Source of the DNA: a virus
Taxonomy: Duplodnaviria > Caudoviricetes
DNA: 64,000 nucleotides
IMG/VR virus record: IMGVR_UViG_3300043394_000609
Reading direction: 5' to 3' (one strand)
In this document: positions 1 through 10,368 of the stretch, piece by piece
How the letters are laid out: every line of letters starts with the position of its first letter
How positions within the stretch are numbered: position 1 is the first letter of the stretch
Position numbers and translations under genes: made by a program
The notes under the pieces: generated by a model
What the model saw: only the letters and a program-made list of their open reading frames with translations
What the model was told of the DNA's origin: nothing
The model's database searches: none

Positions 1-1706
1 TCACAATATGGTAAATCATCATATGTATAGCCAGGTTTGTTTGATGTTTTCCATGCTAGGTTTTCAATTGAAAACATATATTTGGTTGCTTGTCCATTAA
101 TTATGTTTGTTGAATCCTTGAATGCTTGTTCGCCCATTAAACCACTTGAAACTGGCCCAATATTTAAATTCCATGGCGTTGACATTACACTATCATTTAT
201 TTTTCTGATAGTACCAGTTCTTTTCATTGTGTCAGAATAATTCATGTGTGAACGATCTTTAGTCCACACTCTACAATATTCCGTACCATCTTCTTGCCCT
301 GTAGTTTTATTAATGTATTTCACCGCCGAACCTCTTGACATAGTGAAATCACCATCTTTAAAGAAACGACTTGTTTGGTCAATAACATTAGCGACATGTG
401 AACGTCCTTCACCACCACTAGGTAATGTTTCTAATATTTCTTGTGTTTTACTTAAAATTGAACCATCTCTAAATGTTTGTGATTTAGAAAATGATTGAAC
501 AAAAGTAGAACTTTCCGATTTGTCATATTCAAGATTGTGTATACCTAATTTGTTTTGAGATTTACTACTAATCCAAGTTAGTTTACCACCAATTTGACCA
601 CCTTCGGTAATGTTTTTTTCATTACGGAATAAATTAGTTGACGCTTCGTCAAACATAATTGATAAATAATATGGGCTTCTAACTGGGCGATCATTGAAGT
701 CTGACATGGCAAATTTTACATCTTCACCTCTGTCATCTCCGATATATGCACCACCAGTAGGTGCTTCCATACCTAAAATGTTTTTAACACCTTGTGCTGC
801 TCTATCAATAAAGTTAAAAATCTTACTACTATTTTGTGATCTAGCAGTTGTTGTATAGTTTGGTGCGTATTTTGAAAATGATAAATTATGATATAACGCA
901 CTTTTTTGCCCGTCGCTCAAATATTCAATCATTAAATCAGATGGTTTTGTTGACCCTTTTGGCCTTCTATCAATACCAAATAATGATCCAATAGCACCAG
1001 TAACATCCTGCCATAGTTTACCACCTTCTGTTTTAGCTTCTGGCCTTGGATTAATTGGGTTTGCTGGATTACTTAAATAATCACCAGGTATTTCTGACCA
1101 TGGAAACTCAACACCAGCAACTGTTTGAACAAAATCAACACCTTTTCCTAATAAAGATTTGGCAACGGTGATTTTATAATTCTTTTCAACTAATGGCTCT
1201 CTACCAGTCATTATGTTAATTGCTGTTGATGTATTACCACCTAAAGCATCCATTAACCTAACACGACCAACAGTCGCAGCATACATGTTTTGTTTTATTC
1301 TAGCTTGAAGTGGACCTTCTGGATCATTCTTAATATAATCAGCAGAAAATTTAAATAATTCAGATTCATTATCAAAATTACTTGAACCTAAAATACCAAT
1401 TAAACCATGGTCTTGTCCGGTTCTAAAATATGGGTATAACCCTAATCTATTTTTAGTTAAGGTACTTAATTGTTCTACTACTTGTGATTCATTTGGAGAA
1501 AACGCATTATATGTTTTCCAATACTTTAAATCAACTGGTCTATTAGTAATAACATCACCAGGATCAACGTTTGGAAAATCAGACAACGTGCTGACAGAGT
1601 ATTCGGTTGAAGTCTGTGTTTGTGGACCATTAGGTTGATTTAGCGTCTTACCTAATAGAAAATCTCTGAATTTTTTTGTTGAATCAAAATCTACGTAACT
1701 TGGCAT
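1..1706 (-). CDS. Partial ORF running off the window start; probable tail/baseplate structural protein
   Basis: ATG at 1706 (MPSYVDFDSTKKFRDFLLGK...). Appears open toward the window edge, though I did not check every codon. Absent from the ORF track, which fits truncation. Lies downstream of the tape-measure-like gene and is preceded by the TATTTATA motif (1720-1727). Confidence 0.6.
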   Translation of the reverse strand, partial: MPSYVDFDSTKKFRDFLLGKTLNQPNGPQTQTSTEYSVSTLSDFPNVDPGDVITNRPVDLKYWKTYNAFSPNESQVVEQLSTLTKNRLGLYPYFRTGQDHGLIGILGSSNFDNESELFKFSADYIKNDPEGPLQARIKQNMYAATVGRVRLMDALGGNTSTAINIMTGREPLVEKNYKITVAKSLLGKGVDFVQTVAGVEFPWSEIPGDYLSNPANPINPRPEAKTEGGKLWQDVTGAIGSLFGIDRRPKGSTKPSDLMIEYLSDGQKSALYHNLSFSKYAPNYTTTARSQNSSKIFNFIDRAAQGVKNILGMEAPTGGAYIGDDRGEDVKFAMSDFNDRPVRSPYYLSIMFDEASTNLFRNEKNITEGGQIGGKLTWISSKSQNKLGIHNLEYDKSESSTFVQSFSKSQTFRDGSILSKTQEILETLPSGGEGRSHVANVIDQTSRFFKDGDFTMSRGSAVKYINKTTGQEDGTEYCRVWTKDRSHMNYSDTMKRTGTIRKINDSVMSTPWNLNIGPVSSGLMGEQAFKDSTNIINGQATKYMFSIENLAWKTSNKPGYTYDDLPYC

Positions 1707-1744
1707 CTATGTTTTATATTATAAATAGAGAATTTATTGTTTTA

Positions 1745-3727
1745 TTACGCAACATAGTTCTTCATACCTTTACTTAGACTAGATGCTAAATCGGATCTTA
1801 ACTGTGGGTTTTTATTAATTTCATTTACAAACATTTGTGCCAATTCAGTACTATTACTATTTAAATCTACTTTAATGTCTACTTGACTAGTCAACTTATC
1901 TTTAACAAAATTTACAGCGTCACTACCTGCTTTTTTACCTGCATCAATTATTTTTTCAACTGGTTCTTTAACACCTGAGCTTTGATAAAAATCATTTACC
2001 TTTTCAGTTCCTTTTTCAATGAAATTTATAACTTTACCATATACGGGATTAACCATATTACTCATAACGTCATTTATTTTATTGTTAATGTCTTCTGGTG
2101 TCAATTTATCTAAATCTGCATTTTGTTCTATAAGTTGTTCTTTAACAGCCTTAAAAACACCATTACTATCGATACCGCTTTTCGCCATATTACCAACCAT
2201 AAGTAAAATAGCATTAATAGAATTTAATGTTTGCGTAGCAACAGTATATTGTTCTCTAATAACTTCATCTGTTGTTTTACTAGCTAATTCTTGTTGTGAT
2301 TTTGCAATAATAGCTAATTGTGTTGAATTTAATGAAGATGCAGCAATAAATGACTGATTAATTTTTAACTGTTCTTGTAATTTCTTAGGCAATTCAAACC
2401 CAATAACACCTTCTTTCATTGAAGCTAAATTTGATACAAATTCTTTTTGATCATCATCTAAACTAAAAATATCAATTTCGCTTAATGCTTGCATTTTAAC
2501 TTGACCTTTAATAGCTGAACTTGTCAATTGTTCCATTGAAACCCCTAATGCTTCAGACATGGCTTTAGCACGTCTTAAATTTGCACCAGTAACTTCAAAT
2601 CTACCTTGTTCAGCGTTATACGTCGCTAAAGAACGTGCGGCCCCCAATATACTTGTCTGTAATGATTCAACATTATTTGTTGCATCGTACATTAATTTAA
2701 TTGGATCATTTAAATCACCAAACGCACCACCAATAACTTGTAAGTTTGCCGCCAAATCAATTGCGCCTTCCGGGTCATATAATTTTTTTGCAACATTAAA
2801 AGTTTCTTTCATGTCAAAATTCAATGCTTGAGCTTGTCTAACCATGTTAGATAAACCTTCAACACCATTTTTAAACCCGAAATTATTTAATTCTTTTAAA
2901 TTTTCTGTGATATTTTTTGTTGTTGCTCTTGCTGATAAACCTTGTGCAATTGATTGTTTACCTGCTTTTTCCATTAATCCAGAAGCGTCAGATAAACTAA
3001 TACCAACATCTCTAAATCTTTCAGTACTTTCTAATAAAAATTTTGCCGTTTCACCATATGCTGCACTTATTTTTAAAGCATTTAAAACAGACTCTCCTTG
3101 GTATACCGAGAACTTTTGACTATTAGACACCATTACTTGAGTAGCATCCTTAATATCGTCAAAATTAATCCCTAATCTTTGTGCGTCAGGTACAATTGAA
3201 TTAATCGATTTTTGAAAACCCTCAGCATATTCACCTACCATACCACCTTTTTGTGTTATTGATAGTAACAATTCCCCTTCTCTTTTGTAAGCGTCGGCAA
3301 CAACGTCTACTGCAACACCAGCAGCGCCACTTAATAATGATTTAATTTGAGCAAATACATTAACACCATTATCAATAACACTATTAAATGCGTTTTTAAT
3401 ATCACCAATCTGAACAATTGATCTATTGTAGTTTAATTGATCATATGCTGGTGCAAATGCGGCACCAACAGCACCTTTAGCAACTGTTTTAACCATATTA
3501 CCCACACTACTAGCACTATTACTTAATGTACTTATAGCACTATTTGATTGTTGTGTGGTTGAAGCAACAGTAGCACCTAATTGTGATCCTTGATTAGCAA
3601 GTTCAGCCGCTCTTGATGATGGATAACCACCTCTGATTAAATCTGCTTTAAATTGACCAGAATTATTAGAATAACCACCACGTGCAAATTTTTCAAGAAC
3701 TTGTTTAATTATTTCGTTATCTCCCAT
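1745..3727 (-). CDS. Probable tape measure / tail-associated helical protein
   Basis: 660 aa, Ala/Gln/Ser/Lys-rich and helical-looking; sits directly after the tube and chaperone genes. Confidence 0.6.
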   Translation of the reverse strand: MGDNEIIKQVLEKFARGGYSNNSGQFKADLIRGGYPSSRAAELANQGSQLGATVASTTQQSNSAISTLSNSASSVGNMVKTVAKGAVGAAFAPAYDQLNYNRSIVQIGDIKNAFNSVIDNGVNVFAQIKSLLSGAAGVAVDVVADAYKREGELLLSITQKGGMVGEYAEGFQKSINSIVPDAQRLGINFDDIKDATQVMVSNSQKFSVYQGESVLNALKISAAYGETAKFLLESTERFRDVGISLSDASGLMEKAGKQSIAQGLSARATTKNITENLKELNNFGFKNGVEGLSNMVRQAQALNFDMKETFNVAKKLYDPEGAIDLAANLQVIGGAFGDLNDPIKLMYDATNNVESLQTSILGAARSLATYNAEQGRFEVTGANLRRAKAMSEALGVSMEQLTSSAIKGQVKMQALSEIDIFSLDDDQKEFVSNLASMKEGVIGFELPKKLQEQLKINQSFIAASSLNSTQLAIIAKSQQELASKTTDEVIREQYTVATQTLNSINAILLMVGNMAKSGIDSNGVFKAVKEQLIEQNADLDKLTPEDINNKINDVMSNMVNPVYGKVINFIEKGTEKVNDFYQSSGVKEPVEKIIDAGKKAGSDAVNFVKDKLTSQVDIKVDLNSNSTELAQMFVNEINKNPQLRSDLASSLSKGMKNYVA

Positions 3728-3744
3728 GTTATATAAATATGAAA

Positions 3745-3858
3745 TTAACTATTTGCATCAAGATACAAGTTAACATAATTGCCCCTTTCATGTATGGGCA
3801 TAATTAATAAATCAGAATAGGTAAAACCTTTACCAATTAAAAATGCAATCTCATTCAT
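3745..3858 (-). CDS. Tail/baseplate-hub assembly chaperone C-terminal segment (T4 gp51-like or frameshift extension)
   Basis: MNEIAFLIGKGFTYSDLLIMPIHERGNY resembles the 'MPxxERxxY' chaperone segment. The open frame extends upstream to overlap the end of 3869..4612 in the +1 frame. Confidence 0.55.
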   Translation of the reverse strand: MNEIAFLIGKGFTYSDLLIMPIHERGNYVNLYLDANS

Positions 3859-3868
3859 TTGATTTTTC

Positions 3869-4612
3869 TTATAAACCGAAGAAGGGACGAAAAAACTCAA
3901 CCCCGAAGTCCAATCTAACTCGGACATTGTCTCCTGACGGGGCTGTAACTGTGAATAGTAAATCTAAATTTGGTTTATTTTCTGCAACGAATTTTTTAAA
4001 ATCTTGTGAATCTTTAATTGGCATAGTTTGAATAAATTGATACACCCCCATTTGATCACTATTACCATCAACGGATTTAATCATCATTTCCAACCTTTTT
4101 GTGTTTAAAGGTGCGATTTGATTACCGGTGATTGATGTTCTAATTTTTTCTAATTCTTTTTCTTGTTTTGGTGTAAGAAATTTGAATGTAATTGTTTTTT
4201 TAGATTGAGGTAAGAAATATTCAAATTCACCAGATGCATTTGGGATTAAAGTAAAATCTTTAATACTAATTGAAGATAAATCAATTGTTGCTTCAAATTC
4301 TTTACCGGTAACTGGGTCAGTTAATTCAACATTATATTCGGTACCAAATGCGGTATTTCGTAAAAAGATTAAAACTGCTTGTCTATCTTCATCAGCTAGT
4401 TCATCAATTGAAATGTCTTTATCTAAAATCTTTCTTTTTAAAAGTTCTTCAACAACTAAGTCATTTTGAACTAAATTTGGTGATGTTAATATATTTTCAT
4501 CAGCAGCATTTAGGTACCCAACCTTAAGTGATTTTTTCTTGTTTTCATAATGCACTCCTTGAGATGGTAGTTGTACCACATCATATGCAATATTGGGATT
4601 GATATTTTCCAT
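3869..4612 (-). CDS. Baseplate hub / tail assembly chaperone (T4 gp26-like)
   Basis: N-terminal LPSQG..Y, 'DENIL', 'DRQAVLIFLR...FG..Y' and C-terminal 'FF.P' pattern; located between tube and tape measure. Confidence 0.65.
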   Translation of the reverse strand: MENINPNIAYDVVQLPSQGVHYENKKKSLKVGYLNAADENILTSPNLVQNDLVVEELLKRKILDKDISIDELADEDRQAVLIFLRNTAFGTEYNVELTDPVTGKEFEATIDLSSISIKDFTLIPNASGEFEYFLPQSKKTITFKFLTPKQEKELEKIRTSITGNQIAPLNTKRLEMMIKSVDGNSDQMGVYQFIQTMPIKDSQDFKKFVAENKPNLDLLFTVTAPSGDNVRVRLDFGVEFFRPFFGL

Positions 4613-4703
4613 ATTTTTATTTTAATTAAATCTTATTGTTTTTAATATATACTATTTTTTTAGATTTATCAATCATTTCCCTTGAAGTTGGAATATAAAC
4701 AAA

Positions 4704-4738
4704 AAAATCCGTAACCAAATAAATGATTTACGGATTTT
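4704..4738 (-). terminator. Intrinsic terminator after tail tube gene
   Basis: AAAATCCGTAA / TTACGGATTTT inverted repeat with a T run on the minus strand. Confidence 0.65.
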
Positions 4739-4763
4739 AAATAATATATTATGTTTCAGTATG

Positions 4764-5252
4764 TTAGTAAACGTTGATACATCTATCCATTCTAAGACCA
4801 GCATCGATTGTTGCAATTTCGTCTTGAGAGTAGTTCAAATCGCCAAAATTTAAACTTGTTAAAAAACAACCTTGAAGTATCCATTTTTCAACAACAACAC
4901 CAGTTGGGTCTAACATTTCTAGTTCAACATCTTTTTTATACCCAGCGGCGTAGCCCATTCTACCTGTAACTGATTCAGCATGTAAACGGAACCATTCCAT
5001 TAAAGCTTGAGATGCCGAAGGCCCGATAGGATCCTTGAAAGTAACTTTAATCTCTTCCCAAGTAAATCTACCAGCAACGTAAGTTGATGTATTCAAGAAA
5101 GGTATTTCAGTTGAATTGATTTTTGCACTAGGACGTGATGTTGAAGTAACATACCACTCATTAATACCTAAAGATGATGGGAATCTTAAGATAAATCTAT
5201 TTTTTCTTTTCGGTTCAAAAGGAACCGGCATTTTCATTAGTAAATCTGCCAT
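4764..5252 (-). CDS. Tail tube protein (T4 gp19-like)
   Basis: 162 aa with EPKRKNRF, GRFTWEEIKVTF and VEKWILQGCF...FGDLNY patterns; follows the sheath gene. Confidence 0.9.
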   Translation of the reverse strand: MADLLMKMPVPFEPKRKNRFILRFPSSLGINEWYVTSTSRPSAKINSTEIPFLNTSTYVAGRFTWEEIKVTFKDPIGPSASQALMEWFRLHAESVTGRMGYAAGYKKDVELEMLDPTGVVVEKWILQGCFLTSLNFGDLNYSQDEIATIDAGLRMDRCINVY

Positions 5253-5368
5253 TAGTTATTATTATTTGTTTTTTGTTTATTTCTTTTCTTATAAATATAT
5301 CAATACTTCAAAATAATTTTTTTTTACCTAAAATTTGACTTTGTCATTTTTTTTATGTAGCTTTTTGC

Positions 5369-5546
5369 ATAACTCATATAAATAATAAAAATAACTAATA
5401 AATAATAATTATATTATAATAAAAAATAACTATATAACTTATAATATATATAACTAATTAATATATAATATATATAAATATAATTAATAATATATAATAA
5501 TATTTTATAATAACTAATTAATAATTAATAAATTATAAAGATAAAA
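5369..5546. repeat. Extremely AT-rich non-coding tract with direct ATAACT repeats (candidate origin)
   Basis: Almost only A/T. ATAACT at 5369, 5391, 5426, 5434, 5450 and 5510; ATAACTAAT at 5391, 5450 and 5510. Confidence 0.6.
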
Positions 5547-5579
5547 ATAATGGGGAGAGCTTTCGCTCTACCCCATTAT
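5547..5579 (-). terminator. Intrinsic terminator after tail sheath gene
   Basis: Minus strand reads ATAATGGGGTAGAGC-GAAA-GCTCTCCCCATTAT followed by a T run. Confidence 0.8.
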
Positions 5580-5598
5580 AGTAAAATCTAGGTTTTTC

Positions 5599-8454
5599 TT
5601 AGATATTTTCAAAAGAAGCACCTGTTGGTGTGATAATGAATTCAACATCAATGAACTCTAAAGCTCTAGTTGGTTTGATATAAATCTTACCTCTTAAAGT
5701 GTTAGCATCAATATCTTCCGGATCATTAGAAACACTTACACGGAAATCGTATAAACCTCTTTCTTTTTTGATTGATTCTAAAATTGGGTTAACCAATCTT
5801 AAGAATTCATTTCTTACTTGATCATCGTTTTGTTCAAACATCAATCTTACCGCAACTGCAGAGATTAACTTTCTAGCTCTTAATAACAATCTTCTTACGT
5901 TGATTCTATCTAAAGCAGATTCTCTAATTTGTAATGTTTTATTACCCCAGATAATTGTTCCGGTATCAGAGAATGTCGCGATTGGGTTGATTCTGTTTTT
6001 GTATAGTTCATCTCTATCATCTAACGTTAATTTCTTAGCCGCTTTGATTGAGTTTACTAAACCTCTAGAATAACCAGCTACTGCGAACCATGGGTAAGAT
6101 ACATTATCAGTCAATGCAATGTTTTTCAATACTTCCCCTGTTGGTGGAATGTATAATTGTGTTGCATTATCTGTGTCTCTTACTTGGATCCAAGGCCAGT
6201 ATGTCGCAGAATAGTTAGAATCTAATCCTAAATCATCTAATGCGGTAACTGTCTCATCTGTTGTTGTGAAGTTAGGCGCATCAATGATGTATAATGAATC
6301 CGCTCTATCATTTTCGATAATTTCGATTGTTTTAGTAACTAAGGCACTATGGTCGTTCCAGTTAATACCTGGTGTAGCAAATAAGTTAATATCAACTGCT
6401 TCAGGATTAGAGAATGTTTCAACACCTTTTAAGAATGCATAATGATCTGAGTTAGCAACTGTGTCACTGAATACCCCACCATTATCAGCATGGTTTCTAG
6501 TATATGTTAATTTTCCAAAGATATATGCATCACCTAATGTTTTAACATTTCTATAGATGTCCCAACCATCAAATCCACCAAATACTGGCATTGTAAATTT
6601 ACGGTAAGCCGAAGTGTCTAATTTACCTTTATTTGAACCTTCAAGATCATATGCTGTAGTTTTGTATAAAACCTCATTGTTTGTCCCCAAAATTGATGCT
6701 GCATTAGATGATAAGTGGAATCCATAAGTCGCAGACCCTGCATCAGCTCCTTTATAAACTAACATATCATTATCATATTTGAAATGTGCGTCAGTTGAGA
6801 AACCTAAAGTTGTTCTTTTTACTTTATCACCATTAGTGATTTGAGCAGTACCATCAGCGTCATAATATAAAACATCACCTGCATCATAATATTTTGTTTT
6901 AAATGTAACACCACCAATATTATCTTTAGTTGTAAATCCTTTAAAACCAGCAGGAACTGCATCAACTGGGTGATCTTCAGAAAGAACTAACATGATATAT
7001 TTCGATCTTAATTCATACTCACCATCTGATGTACCAATTTTTCTACCAATGTAACCTGGCATATCTGGATTCATAGAACATCTAGTGTATTTTTCAAGCA
7101 CAACTTGATTAGCGTCAGTATCATTAAAGTCACGAACTAACACATTAAATTCGCCAGTGTCTAAATCAATATCTTGAATTGTTACTTTAACTTCGTAGTT
7201 TGCTGAATTACCATCAGAAACTGTTAAGATTTGGAATAAGTCAGAAACTTTACCACCTCTTACTTCAGAAACAACGATAGAAGAACCAGGAGTGTCCCAT
7301 TCTTTTACAAAATTATCACCTTCAGCATTTACATATGTGTCAACACTAAGACCTCTAATAATTCCTTGTTCGAATAAATTAGAAACTAAATTAGGATAAA
7401 CCTCATGAACATAAACCGGATATTCTGTTTTATCTTTGTCGAATACGTCTTCACCAATAACTTTGTTAATATATTTTGAAGATGCTTTATCTAATGAAAC
7501 TGTAAAATCTCTTACGTCATTATCAACATCAGTTACACTTAAAGTGAATTCTGCTAATGGGCTTTTTGAAATATTTGCGCCACTAATACTAATTGCACTA
7601 TTTCCAGTTACTCTATGTGTTAATTCCTCAGAAATGTAAGAACCACGTGATCTTAATAAACAAACAACTGCGTCAGCATATTCTGTGTTTAATGATGCAT
7701 CATATGTAAATTTAGTTACATTGAAACCAGTAAAACCAGTTGATGCTTCATATTCGAATAAATAAGAATAAACAGCATCAATTGTTGAATCGTCCCCTGG
7801 CGTTGCTTCATGATAAAATGTGTTATACCAATCTTTGTTATTGTTGTCACCAATAGGTGATGTTAATTTACTTGATAAACTTAAACCACTAGTTTCAGTT
7901 GAATCAACTAAACCAATAGTAAACCATTCACCATTTGAATAAGCACCAGATGAATTAGTTCCACTTAAAAGATATTCAGTGATTGTTGTACCTTCAGTAG
8001 ATGTTTTTCCAGATAATTCAGCATATATTGTGCTATTATCAATCTGATCTAATGTTCCAACTTGCATTGTGATACCTGTTGTAGTACTATATGATGTAGT
8101 ATCTACTGTTACCCCACCTAATGTTTTAATACCGTAAGTAGTATCTGGTTTGTAACCAGTTAAACCTAATACACGAGTTACAAATAATTGATTTGATTCT
8201 TGTAAATATGATTTTGCTACATAAGGTAATTGATATTTTGGTAAACCTAAGCCGTCTTTTGCAGGCGAAGGAGACCCAAAATAAGTTTTAAATTCGTCAA
8301 AGTTTGAAATAAGTATTGGTTCGAAAGCTGGACCTTTTAAAGTCTCACCCACTAATCCCAATGTAGTTACCCCAACACTTTGAGCTACGAATGTTAGATC
8401 CTTCTCTGATGTGTAGACACCTGGAGATACGAATACTCTGTTTGAATTTGCCAT
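5599..8454 (-). CDS. Contractile tail sheath protein (T4 gp18-like)
   Basis: N-terminal SPGVYTSEKDLT; C-terminal YWPW, PWFAVAGYSRG, RINPI, WGNKTL, DRINVRRL and IKPTRALEFI motifs. Confidence 0.95.
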   Translation of the reverse strand: MANSNRVFVSPGVYTSEKDLTFVAQSVGVTTLGLVGETLKGPAFEPILISNFDEFKTYFGSPSPAKDGLGLPKYQLPYVAKSYLQESNQLFVTRVLGLTGYKPDTTYGIKTLGGVTVDTTSYSTTTGITMQVGTLDQIDNSTIYAELSGKTSTEGTTITEYLLSGTNSSGAYSNGEWFTIGLVDSTETSGLSLSSKLTSPIGDNNNKDWYNTFYHEATPGDDSTIDAVYSYLFEYEASTGFTGFNVTKFTYDASLNTEYADAVVCLLRSRGSYISEELTHRVTGNSAISISGANISKSPLAEFTLSVTDVDNDVRDFTVSLDKASSKYINKVIGEDVFDKDKTEYPVYVHEVYPNLVSNLFEQGIIRGLSVDTYVNAEGDNFVKEWDTPGSSIVVSEVRGGKVSDLFQILTVSDGNSANYEVKVTIQDIDLDTGEFNVLVRDFNDTDANQVVLEKYTRCSMNPDMPGYIGRKIGTSDGEYELRSKYIMLVLSEDHPVDAVPAGFKGFTTKDNIGGVTFKTKYYDAGDVLYYDADGTAQITNGDKVKRTTLGFSTDAHFKYDNDMLVYKGADAGSATYGFHLSSNAASILGTNNEVLYKTTAYDLEGSNKGKLDTSAYRKFTMPVFGGFDGWDIYRNVKTLGDAYIFGKLTYTRNHADNGGVFSDTVANSDHYAFLKGVETFSNPEAVDINLFATPGINWNDHSALVTKTIEIIENDRADSLYIIDAPNFTTTDETVTALDDLGLDSNYSATYWPWIQVRDTDNATQLYIPPTGEVLKNIALTDNVSYPWFAVAGYSRGLVNSIKAAKKLTLDDRDELYKNRINPIATFSDTGTIIWGNKTLQIRESALDRINVRRLLLRARKLISAVAVRLMFEQNDDQVRNEFLRLVNPILESIKKERGLYDFRVSVSNDPEDIDANTLRGKIYIKPTRALEFIDVEFIITPTGASFENI

Positions 8455-8568
8455 TGATAATTTTTTGGTTAAAATATTTTTATTCTTATCAAATAAATAT
8501 CTTTGTTTTTAGCAAAGATTTCGCAAATTTTATGTATTTAGGTTGTATTTGTTGTTTTAGTCTTTTTT

Positions 8569-9804
8569 TTAGTATAAATAAGTGACCCCAATTCTAGATC
8601 CTACAATTGGTGTGTAGTTTAATATTATAGTTGATTGACCTGTAATGTCAAATCCAGAACCCTCTTCTTCAACTAAACCATTAATATCTAAACTGACAAC
8701 ACTACTAATTGCACTTAAAACCGTGAATTCTAATGTTGACCCATCATATTCAAAATATTCTGTTGCCACTTGTATTGGTTTACCATAACTGTCAATGATA
8801 ACACTATTTCTACCTTTGTAATATGTGACAACAATTACACTACCCTCAATTGGTGGACTGACAAAAGAAATTTTAGAAGTACCTGCAATATGGAAAAAAT
8901 CAACATCCCTTTCTTGCATCAAACCATTTATAGTTACACTAAATAAAATACCGATACTTTCACCAACACTAAACATAGTTTGTAAACCATCGGCCGGAAA
9001 TGAGACTATAGTTAGGTCAATTGTTTTATTAACATATTTTTTTTGATAATTCGTATTTTTTGCAAATTCTGTCATTAAAAACATTCTGCTGATTGCTGGT
9101 TTTACTTCGAATTCATCTTGGTCAATTAAAAACCCTAACATCGTAAATTGATAGTTTTGTAGATAATATCTACGACCATCTATTTGATCAATCGGTGAAT
9201 TATCTTCAACTTTTTCAAGAATAATTGGAATATAGTGACCTTTAACAGTAGTATACGCCTGTCTAGAAGCAAACTTTCTTAAAACAATTTGATTCAATTT
9301 ATTTAAATCTCTGAATTTAGTACAAACAATAGTTACCTCATATGTAATATCAACCGGTATTGGTTGTGGTATTTTATAAATGTCTGCACCCATTTGTGTT
9401 CCGTTCCATGTAGCAACAGAAGCGTAATGAAAATTTTGTCTTTCCGGTATTGTTCTAATAATTGACGGGTTAGATCCTGGCTGTACATCTGGTCGTCTAA
9501 TAATACCAATTAATGGTACCTTCATGTTACCATCGTCATCGGAAAACTCCCAAGTGTTAGTTATTTGTGACCATCTTTGAATCGTCATGATTTTTGGTAT
9601 AACTGGAATTTTAGTCCCACCAGAAATTACTTGAAAATTTGTTTTTACAAAATCTAGCATACCCGAATCTAAATCGTCATGTAACACAGAATCAGGTAAA
9701 TATGAATCAGATTTTGTAATCCTATCTAATAGTTCCTGTCTTCTTTCTGTAAGTTCTTTACCTTTGTAGACTTGTATGTTATTTTTTCTTTTTGGTACTG
9801 CCAT
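8569..9804 (-). CDS. Tail completion/terminator-like protein with two C-terminal beta-rich repeats
   Basis: Position between the neck-like gene and sheath; 'PQPIPVDITYEV' resembles gp15-type proteins; two roughly 60-aa 'DG..T.F...INGL...F....I.....P..GS.I.VTY' repeats. Confidence 0.55.
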   Translation of the reverse strand: MAVPKRKNNIQVYKGKELTERRQELLDRITKSDSYLPDSVLHDDLDSGMLDFVKTNFQVISGGTKIPVIPKIMTIQRWSQITNTWEFSDDDGNMKVPLIGIIRRPDVQPGSNPSIIRTIPERQNFHYASVATWNGTQMGADIYKIPQPIPVDITYEVTIVCTKFRDLNKLNQIVLRKFASRQAYTTVKGHYIPIILEKVEDNSPIDQIDGRRYYLQNYQFTMLGFLIDQDEFEVKPAISRMFLMTEFAKNTNYQKKYVNKTIDLTIVSFPADGLQTMFSVGESIGILFSVTINGLMQERDVDFFHIAGTSKISFVSPPIEGSVIVVTYYKGRNSVIIDSYGKPIQVATEYFEYDGSTLEFTVLSAISSVVSLDINGLVEEEGSGFDITGQSTIILNYTPIVGSRIGVTYLY

Positions 9805-9805
9805 G

Positions 9806-10318
9806 TTATACTCCTCTAAATTCTTGTTCTTGAGCTATTGCACAAGTTATTGTTCTATAATATGGTTTATACCCAAATAAATTGTGTTTATTATCTGATG
9901 TTACTTTACCGTCATTTGTAACAGTATAATATCTCATTTTACTTTCCGTTTCTGGGTAACCAATAAAGTCACCATATTTTATGTCAATATTTAATTCTTC
10001 AAGATGTTTTATGTAAATTGAAAGAATTAAATTACCTGGCTCATTGAATCTTAATAACCCAGATTTATATGAATTATTTTTAGGTTCTTCAATCTTAACT
10101 AACGCGTTAATTTCAACTGGTGGGAAGTATTTAATTTCATCAATACCAACCTCACCATAAACATCATCTTTATCGGTTTTTTGTCTATCAACTCGGTACA
10201 ATACCAATTTCATGTTTAAATCACCATGAAGGTACTCTTGGCCAATCTGTATTTGCAAATCAAAGTCTTCTTGACCAAAAAATTTGCTTAATCTCGTTAT
10301 AGGTAGTTTGTTATCCAT
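9806..10318 (-). CDS. Head closure/neck protein (gp14-like)
   Basis: 170 aa with 'DDVYGE' and 'IKYGDFI' patterns; adjacent to the tail completion and sheath genes. Confidence 0.5.
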   Translation of the reverse strand: MDNKLPITRLSKFFGQEDFDLQIQIGQEYLHGDLNMKLVLYRVDRQKTDKDDVYGEVGIDEIKYFPPVEINALVKIEEPKNNSYKSGLLRFNEPGNLILSIYIKHLEELNIDIKYGDFIGYPETESKMRYYTVTNDGKVTSDNKHNLFGYKPYYRTITCAIAQEQEFRGV

Positions 10319-10368
10319 ACAGTAATAAATAGTTTATATTGTGTTTGGAAATAGTTATATTAAGAATT

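Noticed and set aside
37-3119. Short + strand ORFs (37..240, 244..498, 2019..2357, 2559..2831, 2844..3119) and similar antisense ORFs throughout the track
   Set aside because: They are shadows on the opposite strand of long genes, with no motifs or expression signals.
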